A stretch of DNA of 64,000 nucleotides from Patescibacteria group bacterium (GCA_018819405.1 JAHJQF010000001.1:162097-226096); one strand, 5' to 3'. Shown: positions 10,054 through 20,757, counted from the first letter of the stretch. Translations and numbers: made by a program. Notes: generated from the sequence alone by a model not told the origin.

Positions 10054-10632
10054 TTATTTTTCTTTTAAAAATTTTAGTATTTTCTCCGTCAATTTATCAT
10101 CAGGTAAGACTGAAGCATTTACAATCAGGTATTCCAATCGGCTTTTTTTGATTATTTCCATATAAGCCTGCTGTTGCCTAATATAATCTATTGGCTTTTG
10201 AGCAATTTTATTATAATGAGGATAAAGATTAAGTCTGTCGGTCAATCTCTTTTTTATCAAATCTTGATCTTCATCAAAAGTAACTAAAACAATCTTGGCC
10301 TTTATATTTTCTAATCTTTTTTCAATATCTGAAAAATCAAAATCCTGATTATTATATATTTTTTGATAGACCGCTTCTGTCAGATGGAATTTTTCTACCA
10401 TTACATTGGTATTATTTATTTCTTCCAAAAGCTCTAGGTACTTAAGTATAACACTTTTACCAAAACGGGTACCATACAATCCGACATCACAATTAAACCA
10501 ATGACAACCATCTAATATTTTACCGCCACTGTTATACTTTGGCTCCAAAAAATTGTAAACCCGGCTCATCAGATAGCTTTTGCCGGCCAATTCTGGTCCC
10601 TCAAATATTATATTATGTTTTGGTTTATCCAT
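10054..10632 (-). CDS. P-loop nucleotide-monophosphate-kinase-like protein
   Basis: IIFEGPELAGKS Walker A, thymidylate-kinase-like layout. Confidence 0.65.
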   Translation of the reverse strand: MDKPKHNIIFEGPELAGKSYLMSRVYNFLEPKYNSGGKILDGCHWFNCDVGLYGTRFGKSVILKYLELLEEINNTNVMVEKFHLTEAVYQKIYNNQDFDFSDIEKRLENIKAKIVLVTFDEDQDLIKKRLTDRLNLYPHYNKIAQKPIDYIRQQQAYMEIIKKSRLEYLIVNASVLPDDKLTEKILKFLKEK

Positions 10633-11707
10633 GGTGATACAAATTAATATTTCTATTGTTTTCTCTGGCCAGCTTCAAATGATTTATTGAATCCTCCAAC
10701 AAATCATCAATCGGATTTTCAATATCTTTCATATAAAAAAGAAATACCGCCGTACGAAGAGCCGTCCAACTCTGATATAGATTGATACGATTTATAAATT
10801 GTATATCAATCTGCTCAAAATCCTGCTCAAAATAACTTTCTACAAAATATTTTTTATATTCATTCATTTCCTTACGGGACAAAAAATTATGCCCCATAAA
10901 ATCCAGCTGCTGCAAAAAAGTACCCAAGTCCATCATTGGATCTCCCAAAGCAATATCAGTAAAATCTATCATCTCCAAATCCTTGGCCTCTAAACTCTTT
11001 ATCACTACATTTTCTGGGTGGTAATCTCCATAAATAATTGTCTTTTTTATGGTTTTATCATAGGCTTTTTTTGTTTTGGCCATATCCTTTACCAGCTTAT
11101 CAACCAGCTTGCCCTGACGCTTGTCAGTCAATAAAAAATCGCCCACAAAATGATTTGGTGATGGTACCATGTCATAAATATCAAAAATCGGCCATTTAAA
11201 ATTTGCCTTAAATTCTGTCTGGTGGAGTTTTTTAGCCCAACCAGCAATGAGTTTGAGCGAATGAGATAAATCAGCTTTAGGATTTTCAGTAAAAAAATAA
11301 AAAAAACTTCTACCTGGTGATGACTCATAAAAAAATGCTTTTTGTTCTGACAAGAAAAACAAAGGTTTAGTCACTCGAAATTGGCCTTTATCAAACCCAT
11401 GCTTGTACAAAGCCTTTGTTTTTTGGTAGGCTCCTTTTCTAGATCCGTCAGAATGCGCTGAGGCGAAAATATCTAAATTTTTCGTTTTGCCATGTTTATC
11501 CAAATATTTTATTTTGAACTCTACCACAAAAACTGCGCTAGTTACCCCCAGATGTCTTTTATAAGGATCTGAACTGATACTCAACATTGTTTTGAAATCA
11601 GGATAATATTTTGGTAAGTGCTGCCTAAATATTCCTTCGACAAAATCATGATCCACTAATCTGGCAATTTTTGCCTTGGATTTTTCTGATAATGCTCTTC
11701 TTTTCAT
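10625..11707 (-). CDS. APH/choline-kinase-fold phosphotransferase
   Basis: YGDYHPEN, IDF, GDPMMDLG motifs. Confidence 0.8.
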   Translation of the reverse strand: MKRRALSEKSKAKIARLVDHDFVEGIFRQHLPKYYPDFKTMLSISSDPYKRHLGVTSAVFVVEFKIKYLDKHGKTKNLDIFASAHSDGSRKGAYQKTKALYKHGFDKGQFRVTKPLFFLSEQKAFFYESSPGRSFFYFFTENPKADLSHSLKLIAGWAKKLHQTEFKANFKWPIFDIYDMVPSPNHFVGDFLLTDKRQGKLVDKLVKDMAKTKKAYDKTIKKTIIYGDYHPENVVIKSLEAKDLEMIDFTDIALGDPMMDLGTFLQQLDFMGHNFLSRKEMNEYKKYFVESYFEQDFEQIDIQFINRINLYQSWTALRTAVFLFYMKDIENPIDDLLEDSINHLKLARENNRNINLYHHG

Positions 11708-11727
11708 ATCTTTACTACTCTAAAGTA

Positions 11728-12903
11728 TTATTTATGATACTTACGCCAGTGATCCAGCCAAGTATTCTTTTTTATATCAATATAAATTTTTTCTGCCCGT
11801 ATCTTTTCCTGATAACTAGCCTTAGATAGGGATCTGACAGCCTTAATAAGCTCCTCTGATCCATTGTCTATCATATCTGGGTTCCAGGTCAGTGGAGAAA
11901 AATCAGACGGTCTCTGAGCTGATGCCCACCAAAAAGTACAAGATGATTGTCCTCTGTCTAAATGTCTTCTGGCCCAATTCCAATTTTTGTCTTTTTTATA
12001 TTTATTTACCAGCTCAGTAGCCAAATCAACCAGACTCCACAATGACTTATGTATTTTATTTTTTGGACTATTCCACAAAGCATAAGGATTTTTCTTTTTC
12101 AACTCCTCCTCACTACTCTCCCAAGAGCCCGCTCTGAGCTCTATCCTTTTCTTTTCTTTTAATTTTTTTAAATACTGACCAACGGTTTCTACTCTCAAAT
12201 TTTTGTTGGCCATTATTTTTTCAATATGTCCCTGCCAATCCTGATGAAAGTGCCCATATATTTCTCCATCTGTACCCGTAATAATAGTGCCTTTTTCTAG
12301 ATTATTTAATTTATGAAAAATTATTTCAGCTGGGTAGCTTTTTGATATTTGCCTATCTCTAAAAACAACCTTTAAGCCTGTCTTATGATGTATATAAAGA
12401 AAATTATTATCTACTTTAGCTTTGTAGCAAATCGGATCCAAAATAATCCACTCAAATCCTTGTTTTTTTACTACTTTAGCCACCGTATCAGAGTAAGCCA
12501 TTTCTGGCATATAAAAACCTTTAATCTTTTTTTTATCAAAATACTGAGAAAGTATTTGTTTGTTCAGTTCAATCTGTCTTCTTATTTCTTTTTCTGACAA
12601 CATTGGCAAAAGAGCATGATATTTTGAACTACCAGTCAGCTCAATTTGATTATTTTTTACCAAAGCTTGCAGACGTTTTAAAATATCAGGATGGGCGTCT
12701 TCCAACTGCTCCACCAAATTACCAGAAATATTCAAACTAGCTTTGAATTTTGAATATTTTTCAAACAAAGAAAGCAAATACTCATAGCTTTCATTAGACA
12801 CTTGCTCTAAAATACCTTTATCTTGCCAGGGTGGTTGATAAATATGGAGAAAATTTACCCAATTTATTTTACCCGGCAACTTTTTATTATTAATTTTATT
12901 CAT
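11728..12903 (-). CDS. glycoside hydrolase family 57 (amylase/amylopullulanase-like)
   Basis: HIYQP, PEMAY, TDGEIYGH, SW motifs; start uncertain. Confidence 0.85.
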   Translation of the reverse strand: MNKINNKKLPGKINWVNFLHIYQPPWQDKGILEQVSNESYEYLLSLFEKYSKFKASLNISGNLVEQLEDAHPDILKRLQALVKNNQIELTGSSKYHALLPMLSEKEIRRQIELNKQILSQYFDKKKIKGFYMPEMAYSDTVAKVVKKQGFEWIILDPICYKAKVDNNFLYIHHKTGLKVVFRDRQISKSYPAEIIFHKLNNLEKGTIITGTDGEIYGHFHQDWQGHIEKIMANKNLRVETVGQYLKKLKEKKRIELRAGSWESSEEELKKKNPYALWNSPKNKIHKSLWSLVDLATELVNKYKKDKNWNWARRHLDRGQSSCTFWWASAQRPSDFSPLTWNPDMIDNGSEELIKAVRSLSKASYQEKIRAEKIYIDIKKNTWLDHWRKYHK

Positions 12904-12937
12904 AAATCCACTTCCCAACACCAAGAAGGCGTTGGAT

Positions 12938-14422
12938 TTATTTGATATTTTTTTTCTTAAATTTTATTGCTTCTTTGTACAAATCCTCATAACGTCTAGC
13001 CGGCAAGTCCCAAGAAAAAGATGGTTTCATACCACGACAGACCAAATCTCGCCAGACTTTTTTGTACTTGTATGTTTCAAGAGCTCTAGTGATTGCCACC
13101 AAAAACTCATTGGCATTATAATTTTTGAAAGTAAAACCATTGCCAGTATTTGTCTCTGGTTCAAAATTATCCACTGTATCACTCAAACCGCCCGTAGACC
13201 TGACAATCGGCACACAACCATAACGAAAGCTCTTCATCTGATTAATACCGCATGGCTCATGATGAGATGGCAAAAGAAGCATGTCTGCTCCAGCGTAAAC
13301 CTGTGTCTCGTATTTTTGATTCTTTTCATGAGAGGGAATTACAGCCAGCTTTTCCGGATATTTTTTGGCTACTTTTTTAAGCTCTTTGATAAAATCCTTA
13401 TCGCCACTACCAATTACCACTAGTTGCATATCAAAATGCATCAACTGAGGTATTATTTTTATCAATAAATCAAAACCTTTTTGAAAAGCTACGCGTGAAG
13501 TAGTACACAGTAAAGGGATCTCTTCATTAATTGGCAACTTAAAAAGCTTTTGGACAAATTTTTTATTTTCTTTCTTTCTTTTTATATTGCGATGATCATA
13601 ATTTTTAAAAATACTCTTGTCGTTTTTTGGATTGAATTCTTTATTATCAATGCCATTTACCACACCATATAGCTTGTGCTTTCGGTTGGTGAGAATCCTA
13701 TGCAAATCTTGGCCAAAATTTTTATTTAATATTTCTTCTGCATAAGTTTCTGAAACCGTATTGATGACATCGGCGCTTAATATACCTCTTTTGGCAAAAT
13801 TTATGTATTCAATATCAGGGTCATTAAACAAAGGCAAGGCTCCCTTGCCGTTATCTTTATGCTTTAGTGGTACTTCCCACCAATTCATACCAAGCTGAAA
13901 TACCAAATTATGAATAGTATAGACTGTAGCGGCATTGACCAAAGTCTGACTTTTTTTGAATCTAGTATTTTTTAAAAGTGGGATCAGTCCTGTCTGCCAA
14001 TCATGACAATGTATAATATCTGCTTTGAATTTTAAAAGAGAAATAAGCTTGAGGGCTGCAACTTGGAAAAGATAAAAACGAGTATTTTCATGATTGGATC
14101 CATAGACAGTGCTACGTCTGGAAAAATATTTGTCATTCCTGACAAAATAAACTTTCAAACCGGGCAAAAGCTCAGTACGATAATAGCTAACCTTTAGTTC
14201 ATTTTCTTTATCAATATAAAGATTGACATCATTATATATTTTTTCCAGTTTATACTTTTCTCTATCTATTATCTTTTTATAAAATGGGGTAATTATAATA
14301 ACATCATGACCCAAACGAAAAAGTGATTTGGGCAGTGACCTAGCAACATCGGCCAATCCACCTGTCTTGGAATATGGATCAACTTCTGAAGCAATTGATA
14401 CAATTTTTAAGCTTTTAGACAT
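12938..14422 (-). CDS. glgA: glycogen synthase (GT5), second copy
   Basis: KTGGLADV, HCHDWQT, PSHHEPCGI. Confidence 0.9.
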   Translation of the reverse strand: MSKSLKIVSIASEVDPYSKTGGLADVARSLPKSLFRLGHDVIIITPFYKKIIDREKYKLEKIYNDVNLYIDKENELKVSYYRTELLPGLKVYFVRNDKYFSRRSTVYGSNHENTRFYLFQVAALKLISLLKFKADIIHCHDWQTGLIPLLKNTRFKKSQTLVNAATVYTIHNLVFQLGMNWWEVPLKHKDNGKGALPLFNDPDIEYINFAKRGILSADVINTVSETYAEEILNKNFGQDLHRILTNRKHKLYGVVNGIDNKEFNPKNDKSIFKNYDHRNIKRKKENKKFVQKLFKLPINEEIPLLCTTSRVAFQKGFDLLIKIIPQLMHFDMQLVVIGSGDKDFIKELKKVAKKYPEKLAVIPSHEKNQKYETQVYAGADMLLLPSHHEPCGINQMKSFRYGCVPIVRSTGGLSDTVDNFEPETNTGNGFTFKNYNANEFLVAITRALETYKYKKVWRDLVCRGMKPSFSWDLPARRYEDLYKEAIKFKKKNIK

Positions 14423-14916
14423 TAGGCTAATTTTTTATTAAAAAATGAAGCGCAGATAGCAATAGCCAAAGCATCGGCAGCATCATCGGAACGCGGTACT
14501 GCACTTAAGCTTAAAATAGTTTTGACCATCAACCCTACTTGCTGTTTGCTGGCACTGCCATTTGAGCAAACGGCTTGTTTTACCTGCAAAGGGGTAAACT
14601 CCAATATTTCTCTTTTATTTTGATAAATAGCCAACATCAATACTCCTCTGGCCTGGCCAACATCTAACGCTGTCTTGGCATTTTTGGCAAAATATAATTT
14701 TTCTACGGCTATTATATCCGGCTTATACTTTTTTATTAATTTTGAGACTTCTTTATAAATATCATCCAAGCGTTCAGGTAATTTTTTTCTTTTATCTGTC
14801 TGGATGCTACCCGTAGTCAAAAATTTTAGCTGATTGCCATTTTTTGAAATCACCCCAAATCCCGTATCAGCAATTCCTGGATCAAGCCCTAAAATAATTT
14901 TTTCAACCTGAGCCAT
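14422..14916 (-). CDS. ruvC: crossover junction endodeoxyribonuclease
   Basis: LGLDPG, AVEKLYF, DDAADALA. Confidence 0.95.
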   Translation of the reverse strand: MAQVEKIILGLDPGIADTGFGVISKNGNQLKFLTTGSIQTDKRKKLPERLDDIYKEVSKLIKKYKPDIIAVEKLYFAKNAKTALDVGQARGVLMLAIYQNKREILEFTPLQVKQAVCSNGSASKQQVGLMVKTILSLSAVPRSDDAADALAIAICASFFNKKLA

Positions 14917-15620
14917 TAGATACTTGCGTTAGTATAAATATTGTTTACATCATCATCATCGTCTAAATCATCAAATAACTTGATGAGTTTTTCATCGTCT
15001 TCTGGGTCTATTTTTTCTTTGGCTAGATATACCATGTCTGACGACTGTATTGTAAAAAAATTCGTCTGGAGTTTATTTTTGACATTTTCCAAATCATCAA
15101 TGGGACAAATAACCTTTACTTTATCCTCTACCACAATATCTTCTGCACCAGCTTCTATCACCTTGAGTTCTTCTTCCTCGCTCAACTTTTCTTTATCCAA
15201 AATTATTTCCCCTTTTATCTCAAACATCCATTGGACACTACCACTGCTACCCAAATTACCTCCGTGTTTGGATAAAATGTGCTTTATATTTGATACAGTC
15301 CTATTTTTATTGTCAGTTAATACTTCTATTATCAAGGCTACTCCTCCTGGTCCAAAACCTTCATACAACAAACTCTCAATCTGGGCACCCTCACCATCAC
15401 CGCTGCCTTTTTTGACCGCTCTTTCTATATTTTCTTTTGGCATAGAATAAGCCTTGGCCTTATCAATGGCCATCCTTAGCTTAAAATTGCTGTCTGGGTC
15501 AGCACCAGCTCTAGCCGCTACGCTAATATTTTTGGAAAGCTTAGTAAAAAGATTACTCCTTTTGGCATCCTTAGTCTCCTTAGCTCTCTTAGTTGTCGCC
15601 CACTTGCTGTGTCCACTCAT
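14916..15620 (-). CDS. yebC: YebC/PmpR family protein
   Basis: MSGHSKW, YEGFGPGG, TDNKNRT. Confidence 0.95.
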   Translation of the reverse strand: MSGHSKWATTKRAKETKDAKRSNLFTKLSKNISVAARAGADPDSNFKLRMAIDKAKAYSMPKENIERAVKKGSGDGEGAQIESLLYEGFGPGGVALIIEVLTDNKNRTVSNIKHILSKHGGNLGSSGSVQWMFEIKGEIILDKEKLSEEEELKVIEAGAEDIVVEDKVKVICPIDDLENVKNKLQTNFFTIQSSDMVYLAKEKIDPEDDEKLIKLFDDLDDDDDVNNIYTNASI

Positions 15621-15770
15621 AAAAAATAAAAATTAGCCCTTTTTCTTGTATTATCTTACCAATTTTAAAGTAAAAAATCAATGGTAAATAACACAGACAA
15701 ATTAAGTCATTTTTTCCACTTGACGGAAAAGCAAATAAATAATAAGCTACTAATATCACCATTGATCAAG

Positions 15771-15802
15771 AATCCCCGCGTCCGTGCCTGGCGGGGATTT
15801 TT
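15771..15802 (+). terminator. intrinsic terminator-like hairpin
   Basis: AATCCCCGC...GCGGGGATT followed by a T run. Confidence 0.6.
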
Positions 15803-15822
15803 GTTTTACATAATTACTACTA

Positions 15823-15858
15823 CCCGCGTCATTTTTTGACGGAAAAAATGACGCGGGG
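15823..15858. repeat. CCCGCGTCATTTT/AAAATGACGCGGGG palindromic element
   Basis: near-copy at 39964-40000 with compensatory changes. Confidence 0.6.
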
Positions 15859-15870
15859 TAAAATATAGCT

Positions 15871-17451
15871 ATGACTAAATTAATGAAAAAAATAACCGCT
15901 TGGAAAATTGATTATCTATTTCTATTTATCCTAATGTCTGTCTATTACTCCTGGATACAATGGAATAATTTTATAGGGGATCCAGACGGATTTTATCACG
16001 CCAAACTGGCCATTTGGTTAAGACAGGGTCATTTTATACAATCCTTGCCTTGGATGCAATTTTCCACACTACGTGATTCATTTACTGACCATCATCTACT
16101 CTATCATATATTACTGGCTCCATTTACTTATATACCCAACCCCCTGGTGGGTGTAAAAATCGCCACGGTTGTTTTTGCCGTTTTGATGGTCATGACTTTT
16201 TATTGGCTACTAAAAAGAATGAAAATTATCTGGCCAATAGCTTTTGCTTTGGCCTTTCTTACTTTAAATGGACTTAACTTTAGGATATCTTTGGTCAAAG
16301 CAAATAGTCTATCGCTGCTCATAATATGGCTTTTAATCTATGCCCTGTTCAACAAAAAAATATGGTTGAGTATGCTTTTGAGTTGGCTCTTTGTCTGGTT
16401 ATATGGTGGCTGGCCTTTGGCTATCTTGATATTAATTACTTATATAGTAAGTGAAAAAATATACACGCGCATTCATAGTAATAGAGTCAAAATATTTTGG
16501 GATAAAGCTATTCATTTTTTTGAAACAGACAGTAAGCACAAAACCCTAAAAATATCTACAGCTCTACTGACTGGATTAGCCTTGGGTGTAATCATTAATC
16601 CATATTGGCCACAGAACCTTTACTTCTATTATCAACAAGTCATCCAGATCGGATTGATAAATCAGGGACAAAATTTTGTCGTGGGCGGAGAGTGGTATGG
16701 TACCAGTATAATGAATATCATATCATCAGCTCCTCATGTTTTTGTCCTAGCCTGCCTATCTTTTCTGACCTTATTTTTTAATGTAAAGAAAGCCTCGCGA
16801 CTTAGTTGGTTTAGTTTTATATTAGTTTTTGGTTTTATGATACTAACTATAAAATCTAGGCGATATGTAGAATATTATATGCCCTTTGCTTTACTATTTA
16901 CCGCTAGCTCAATTACTGACTTAAAAGATTTTATAAAATTGGACAAAGTTATATCTATCTGGGAAAAACTTGGTCTTAACTTAAAAATATATTTATCAGT
17001 AGTTGCCATGGTCTTTTTTACTATGGTAATGCCCTCTATCTATGACCGTATTTTAAATGTAAAATTATCCGATAGCTGGACAATGGACAAATTTTTGCCT
17101 GCCACCAACTGGCTAGCTGAGAATACCCCACCTGATTCTATAGTTTTTCACAGTGATTGGGATGAATGGCCTGTTTTATTCTATCACAATGACCACAATT
17201 ATTATTTGATAGGCCTAGACCCAACTTTTATGGAAAATTATAATAGCCAGCTACACAAAACATACCGAGATATTACAAACGGTGAAACTAAATTTTCTGT
17301 GGCCAAACAAATAAAAAATTATTTTGGTGCTAATTATATTTTTGTAGATAAAAACGGCCATCAGGCCTTTATTGATAATCTTTCCCGAGATAAAGATGTA
17401 GAGCTTATGTTCAACGATAACGATAGTTCAATCTATAAAATAAATCTATAA
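15871..17451 (+). CDS. polytopic membrane protein, GT-C (ArnT/STT3-like) glycosyltransferase
   Basis: DPDGFYH after the first TM, many TMs, C-terminal SDWD...DPTF soluble domain. Confidence 0.65.
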   Translation: MTKLMKKITAWKIDYLFLFILMSVYYSWIQWNNFIGDPDGFYHAKLAIWLRQGHFIQSLPWMQFSTLRDSFTDHHLLYHILLAPFTYIPNPLVGVKIATVVFAVLMVMTFYWLLKRMKIIWPIAFALAFLTLNGLNFRISLVKANSLSLLIIWLLIYALFNKKIWLSMLLSWLFVWLYGGWPLAILILITYIVSEKIYTRIHSNRVKIFWDKAIHFFETDSKHKTLKISTALLTGLALGVIINPYWPQNLYFYYQQVIQIGLINQGQNFVVGGEWYGTSIMNIISSAPHVFVLACLSFLTLFFNVKKASRLSWFSFILVFGFMILTIKSRRYVEYYMPFALLFTASSITDLKDFIKLDKVISIWEKLGLNLKIYLSVVAMVFFTMVMPSIYDRILNVKLSDSWTMDKFLPATNWLAENTPPDSIVFHSDWDEWPVLFYHNDHNYYLIGLDPTFMENYNSQLHKTYRDITNGETKFSVAKQIKNYFGANYIFVDKNGHQAFIDNLSRDKDVELMFNDNDSSIYKINL

Positions 17452-19320
17452 ATCTAGGTATATTATTTTACTAAGTGCTTCGGTCTTCATATCAAAGAAG
17501 GACGACCTCTTTTTGTCTAGAACACTTACACCGTCAAAAGCAAATATCTGAAAAGATTTTATACGATCTTCTAGATAATAAAAAAATATCATCTCTCTGT
17601 CCTGCCATTGACTGTCCGGAAATAATCCATAGTCAATAGGCAGGTCATAGCTATCATCGTCTGTATAAAAACGTATTATATAATATTGTTTATTTAGATT
17701 TGTTGGTTTAAAAGTTAAGGCTAATTTCTTTCCCTTATCCTGAATAAATTCTGATTTTTTAAAAACTAATTGTCCCTGTGTTTTTGAGCTCTTTTGGCCT
17801 GTCTGATACAGTATTTTATTTTCTAGCTGAGGATTAATATCCCGTTTTTGCCACAATAATATATTGGCTTTTACTTCCACTAAATTATAATTTTCTAGCT
17901 TCTTTCGAAAAGGCTCTGGCAAATTTATCTCTACCTTATCTTTGGCCAATAGCCACTTGGAATCTTGCAAAATATCTATAGATTCTCCATAGTCAAGTAT
18001 TATATAATCCACCAAGGGCCAGTCAAAGCTATTTATATAAAATTGACTACGGCCGATATAAGCGTAGCTAAATGGATAGACTACCTGTCTTTGGCTTAGT
18101 TGGGGTAAAAGATTTAAACTAGCAATCACACTACTATCACGACCAACAGTCTTTAACATATCATAACGTACATTATTGATATTTTTATCAAAATTTGCAG
18201 CTAGGACATCTTTGACGGGAGATAAAAATATGGAAAAATAGACTACGGCTACCAAAAACATACCTACAAAAATATCTTTATTTTTATAAATAAAATTGCT
18301 AGCCAAAAAAATTTTTTTTTCCAAAAGTAACCTGACTGAAAAAATAAAAGCAATAAAAATGGCCGGCAAAAAAACCAAAACATAGTGTAGAGAATAGACT
18401 ATAGAATTAAAGCCTTGGGCTGCTAATACAAATTGAATCAGAGGCACAAAAGCCAACCAAAAATATTTTGGTTTTAAAATTGGAATAAAAAATAAGGTTA
18501 TCAATAAAACGAAAATGCTTCCTATATTTTGTATAGTAAAAATATGAGCAAAAACTTCTAGCAGCCAGGTCCAGGGATTTTTCCAGGCTTCTATTATCCA
18601 ACTATAATAAACTACAAACTTATACCCTTGGCCATCGGCTATATGACCAATAGCCAACATTGCTAAAATAAAATATAAAATTGGTACAAAAAATGCAGCC
18701 ATTTTCCACTTGAGACTACGCTTATCTAAAATAGCCAAAGGCAAAAATCCCAAAAGCATCAAGGCAATATCTTCTCTTACTAATAAAGATAAAATCATAA
18801 ACAATATAAACAGCCCAAAAAATTTCTTATAATAAAAATAAAAAGCAAAAAATATAAAAAATATTGCCAAAGGCAACATATGAAATTCAAAAAGATTAGC
18901 ATTATGGACAAAAGGATTGATGAGCCAAAGCAAAGATATAAATAAAGCTAAATGTTTCTTTCCTATAGCCAATTCGGCAATCAAATAAATTGGCCAGGCG
19001 CAAAGGGCAAGAATAAAACTCTGAATGACCAGTAATATTTCCGGACCGGGGTGTATGGCATAAAAAGGAATTAAAAAAATAATAGCCAAAGCAAAATGAT
19101 CTGCCAAGTAATTGTTTAGATTGATAGTCAGATCAAACCAACGCCCCTGTAAGGTATTAAAAAATACTTGGTTAAAAATCGCCAAATCAAAAACATTATA
19201 AGCAAAATTATAATATTTTTTTAAACTCAAAAAAGAGAATAATAAAATATATAAAATAATAAAACCAGTCAAAAAAATAGCTGCTTTGCTATCAATATAT
19301 CTTTTTAAAACTTTATACAT
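17446..19320 (-). CDS. DUF2079-like membrane glycosyltransferase (GT-C)
   Basis: FDLAIFNQ, LADHF, FEFH, REDIAL motifs. Confidence 0.75.
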   Translation of the reverse strand: MYKVLKRYIDSKAAIFLTGFIILYILLFSFLSLKKYYNFAYNVFDLAIFNQVFFNTLQGRWFDLTINLNNYLADHFALAIIFLIPFYAIHPGPEILLVIQSFILALCAWPIYLIAELAIGKKHLALFISLLWLINPFVHNANLFEFHMLPLAIFFIFFAFYFYYKKFFGLFILFMILSLLVREDIALMLLGFLPLAILDKRSLKWKMAAFFVPILYFILAMLAIGHIADGQGYKFVVYYSWIIEAWKNPWTWLLEVFAHIFTIQNIGSIFVLLITLFFIPILKPKYFWLAFVPLIQFVLAAQGFNSIVYSLHYVLVFLPAIFIAFIFSVRLLLEKKIFLASNFIYKNKDIFVGMFLVAVVYFSIFLSPVKDVLAANFDKNINNVRYDMLKTVGRDSSVIASLNLLPQLSQRQVVYPFSYAYIGRSQFYINSFDWPLVDYIILDYGESIDILQDSKWLLAKDKVEINLPEPFRKKLENYNLVEVKANILLWQKRDINPQLENKILYQTGQKSSKTQGQLVFKKSEFIQDKGKKLALTFKPTNLNKQYYIIRFYTDDDSYDLPIDYGLFPDSQWQDREMIFFYYLEDRIKSFQIFAFDGVSVLDKKRSSFFDMKTEALSKIIYLDL

Positions 19321-19365
19321 AAATATATTATATCATAAATAATCACATTTTTATCTTTATTAAGA

Positions 19366-19394
19366 TTGACAAAATAGCTATATTATGATATAAA
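19366..19394 (+). promoter_or_regulatory. sigma70 promoter of the GC-rich lipoprotein cassette
   Basis: TTGACA-17 nt-TATAAA. Confidence 0.65.
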
Positions 19395-19459
19395 AATATG
19401 ATGGTCAACAATGCCCTTACTAGGGCTTTAACCTTTGTTCCCTTTCGAAAGGACAAGTC

Positions 19460-20230
19460 ATGAAAAAACTGCTGTTCTGCGCCATTTTGTTGGCGCTGGT
19501 GGCTGCCCTAGTCTCTGGCTGTACTACTCCCGGCAAAAAGTGGTACGGCTACGATCGCCAAAGCAAGGAATACATCCAGCTCGACAAGCAACCCTTTCAG
19601 CAGGCGGTTTACAACCTCTCCAGTTACACAATCTTCTTCACTCTGGAGGGCAAAGACGCCTGGTCTTGGACCGACCCCTACTACCAGATTGACCCTGGCT
19701 ACTCTGGATCTCTGGAAATACACCAGAGCTACACCAGCGACAAATTTCGCGCCTACTTCTGGTGCAAGGGTTGTCAGGATGTCCTGGGCACTACCGAAGA
19801 GATGATCGAGTTCGAGCTGCCCGGTCTGGCCACCATGCCGACCGATACACTGATTGTCACCGATGCCATGCTTATGGGCGATGCCCTCCAAGAGATGGCT
19901 GTCAAGAACATGACGGGTGTTGACTTGCACTACTACGACAATCGCGGCAACGACTTCGTGATAAAACATGGGCAAGCCTGGAGGCTACTGGTACTCTCCG
20001 GACCCTACAACTTCTGGGTTGAGCCTGTCATCAGACTCAAGTACGAAGCAGCCGCACCGGTAAAGCTGGGACAAGTAAGTTCCGACAAGCCGTTGATTAT
20101 TGACCGGCGACGCAATGCCTTGTGGACTGACCAGAACGGTCAACCCATTTATATCGGCGCCAAACGCATCATCGGTGCCGATGAAATTCCGCGCTTCTGG
20201 CGGGAAAGACGGCATTGGGCCGAGTACTAA
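19460..20230 (+). CDS. hypothetical lipoprotein, GC-rich cassette
   Basis: signal peptide with lipobox LVSGC, SD AAAGGA, codon usage unlike flanking genes. Confidence 0.75.
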   Translation: MKKLLFCAILLALVAALVSGCTTPGKKWYGYDRQSKEYIQLDKQPFQQAVYNLSSYTIFFTLEGKDAWSWTDPYYQIDPGYSGSLEIHQSYTSDKFRAYFWCKGCQDVLGTTEEMIEFELPGLATMPTDTLIVTDAMLMGDALQEMAVKNMTGVDLHYYDNRGNDFVIKHGQAWRLLVLSGPYNFWVEPVIRLKYEAAAPVKLGQVSSDKPLIIDRRRNALWTDQNGQPIYIGAKRIIGADEIPRFWRERRHWAEY

Positions 20231-20233
20231 AAA

Positions 20234-20279
20234 CCCCCGCCTTGTTCTGCAACACAGAACAAGGCGGGGGAATTTTTTT
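20234..20279 (+). terminator. long terminator hairpin (shared family)
   Basis: CCCCCGCCTTGTTCTG-CAACA-CAGAACAAGGCGGGGG-AATTTTTTT. Confidence 0.85.
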
Positions 20280-20295
20280 ATATAAATATTTTACA

Positions 20296-20697
20296 CTAAC
20301 CAGTAGCTTCACCACCACCGGTACCAGTACCAGCATTATCAGCTAGAGCTCTCAAAACAAAACTGGCAATTGCATAAGCCATGACAACTATTACTAGACC
20401 AATCACTGAGTTTTTTATAATGCTTTTAGCTTCATCAACTTGTTGGGAGTTTCCTTGGGAAGTCATCCACTTAAATCCTCCCCAAATAATCAAAACCGTA
20501 AAAAGCATGCCCAAAAGAGAAAGTAACGCGTTTATAATTCTGGCTATCATTTGTTGAGGGCTGACACCTTTTATAAGATTGCTGGCATTAGCCGCTTCTT
20601 CCAATCCGGTTTGAGCGGCATAATCAGAAGCTGATACTGCCAAAGGCAGTAATGCAACTAATAAGAAAATTGTATTTTTTATAGATTTCATATGCAA
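20296..20697 (-). CDS. TrbC/VirB2-like pilin (CPR pilin)
   Basis: signal peptide, two TMs, GGFKWMTSQGN...AKSII. Confidence 0.8.
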   Translation of the reverse strand: MHMKSIKNTIFLLVALLPLAVSASDYAAQTGLEEAANASNLIKGVSPQQMIARIINALLSLLGMLFTVLIIWGGFKWMTSQGNSQQVDEAKSIIKNSVIGLVIVVMAYAIASFVLRALADNAGTGTGGGEATG

Positions 20698-20757
20698 TAT
20701 AAGCTTTAGTAGGTCATCATGATAAATGACCCACTATAGTCTAGACTACATAGGTCG

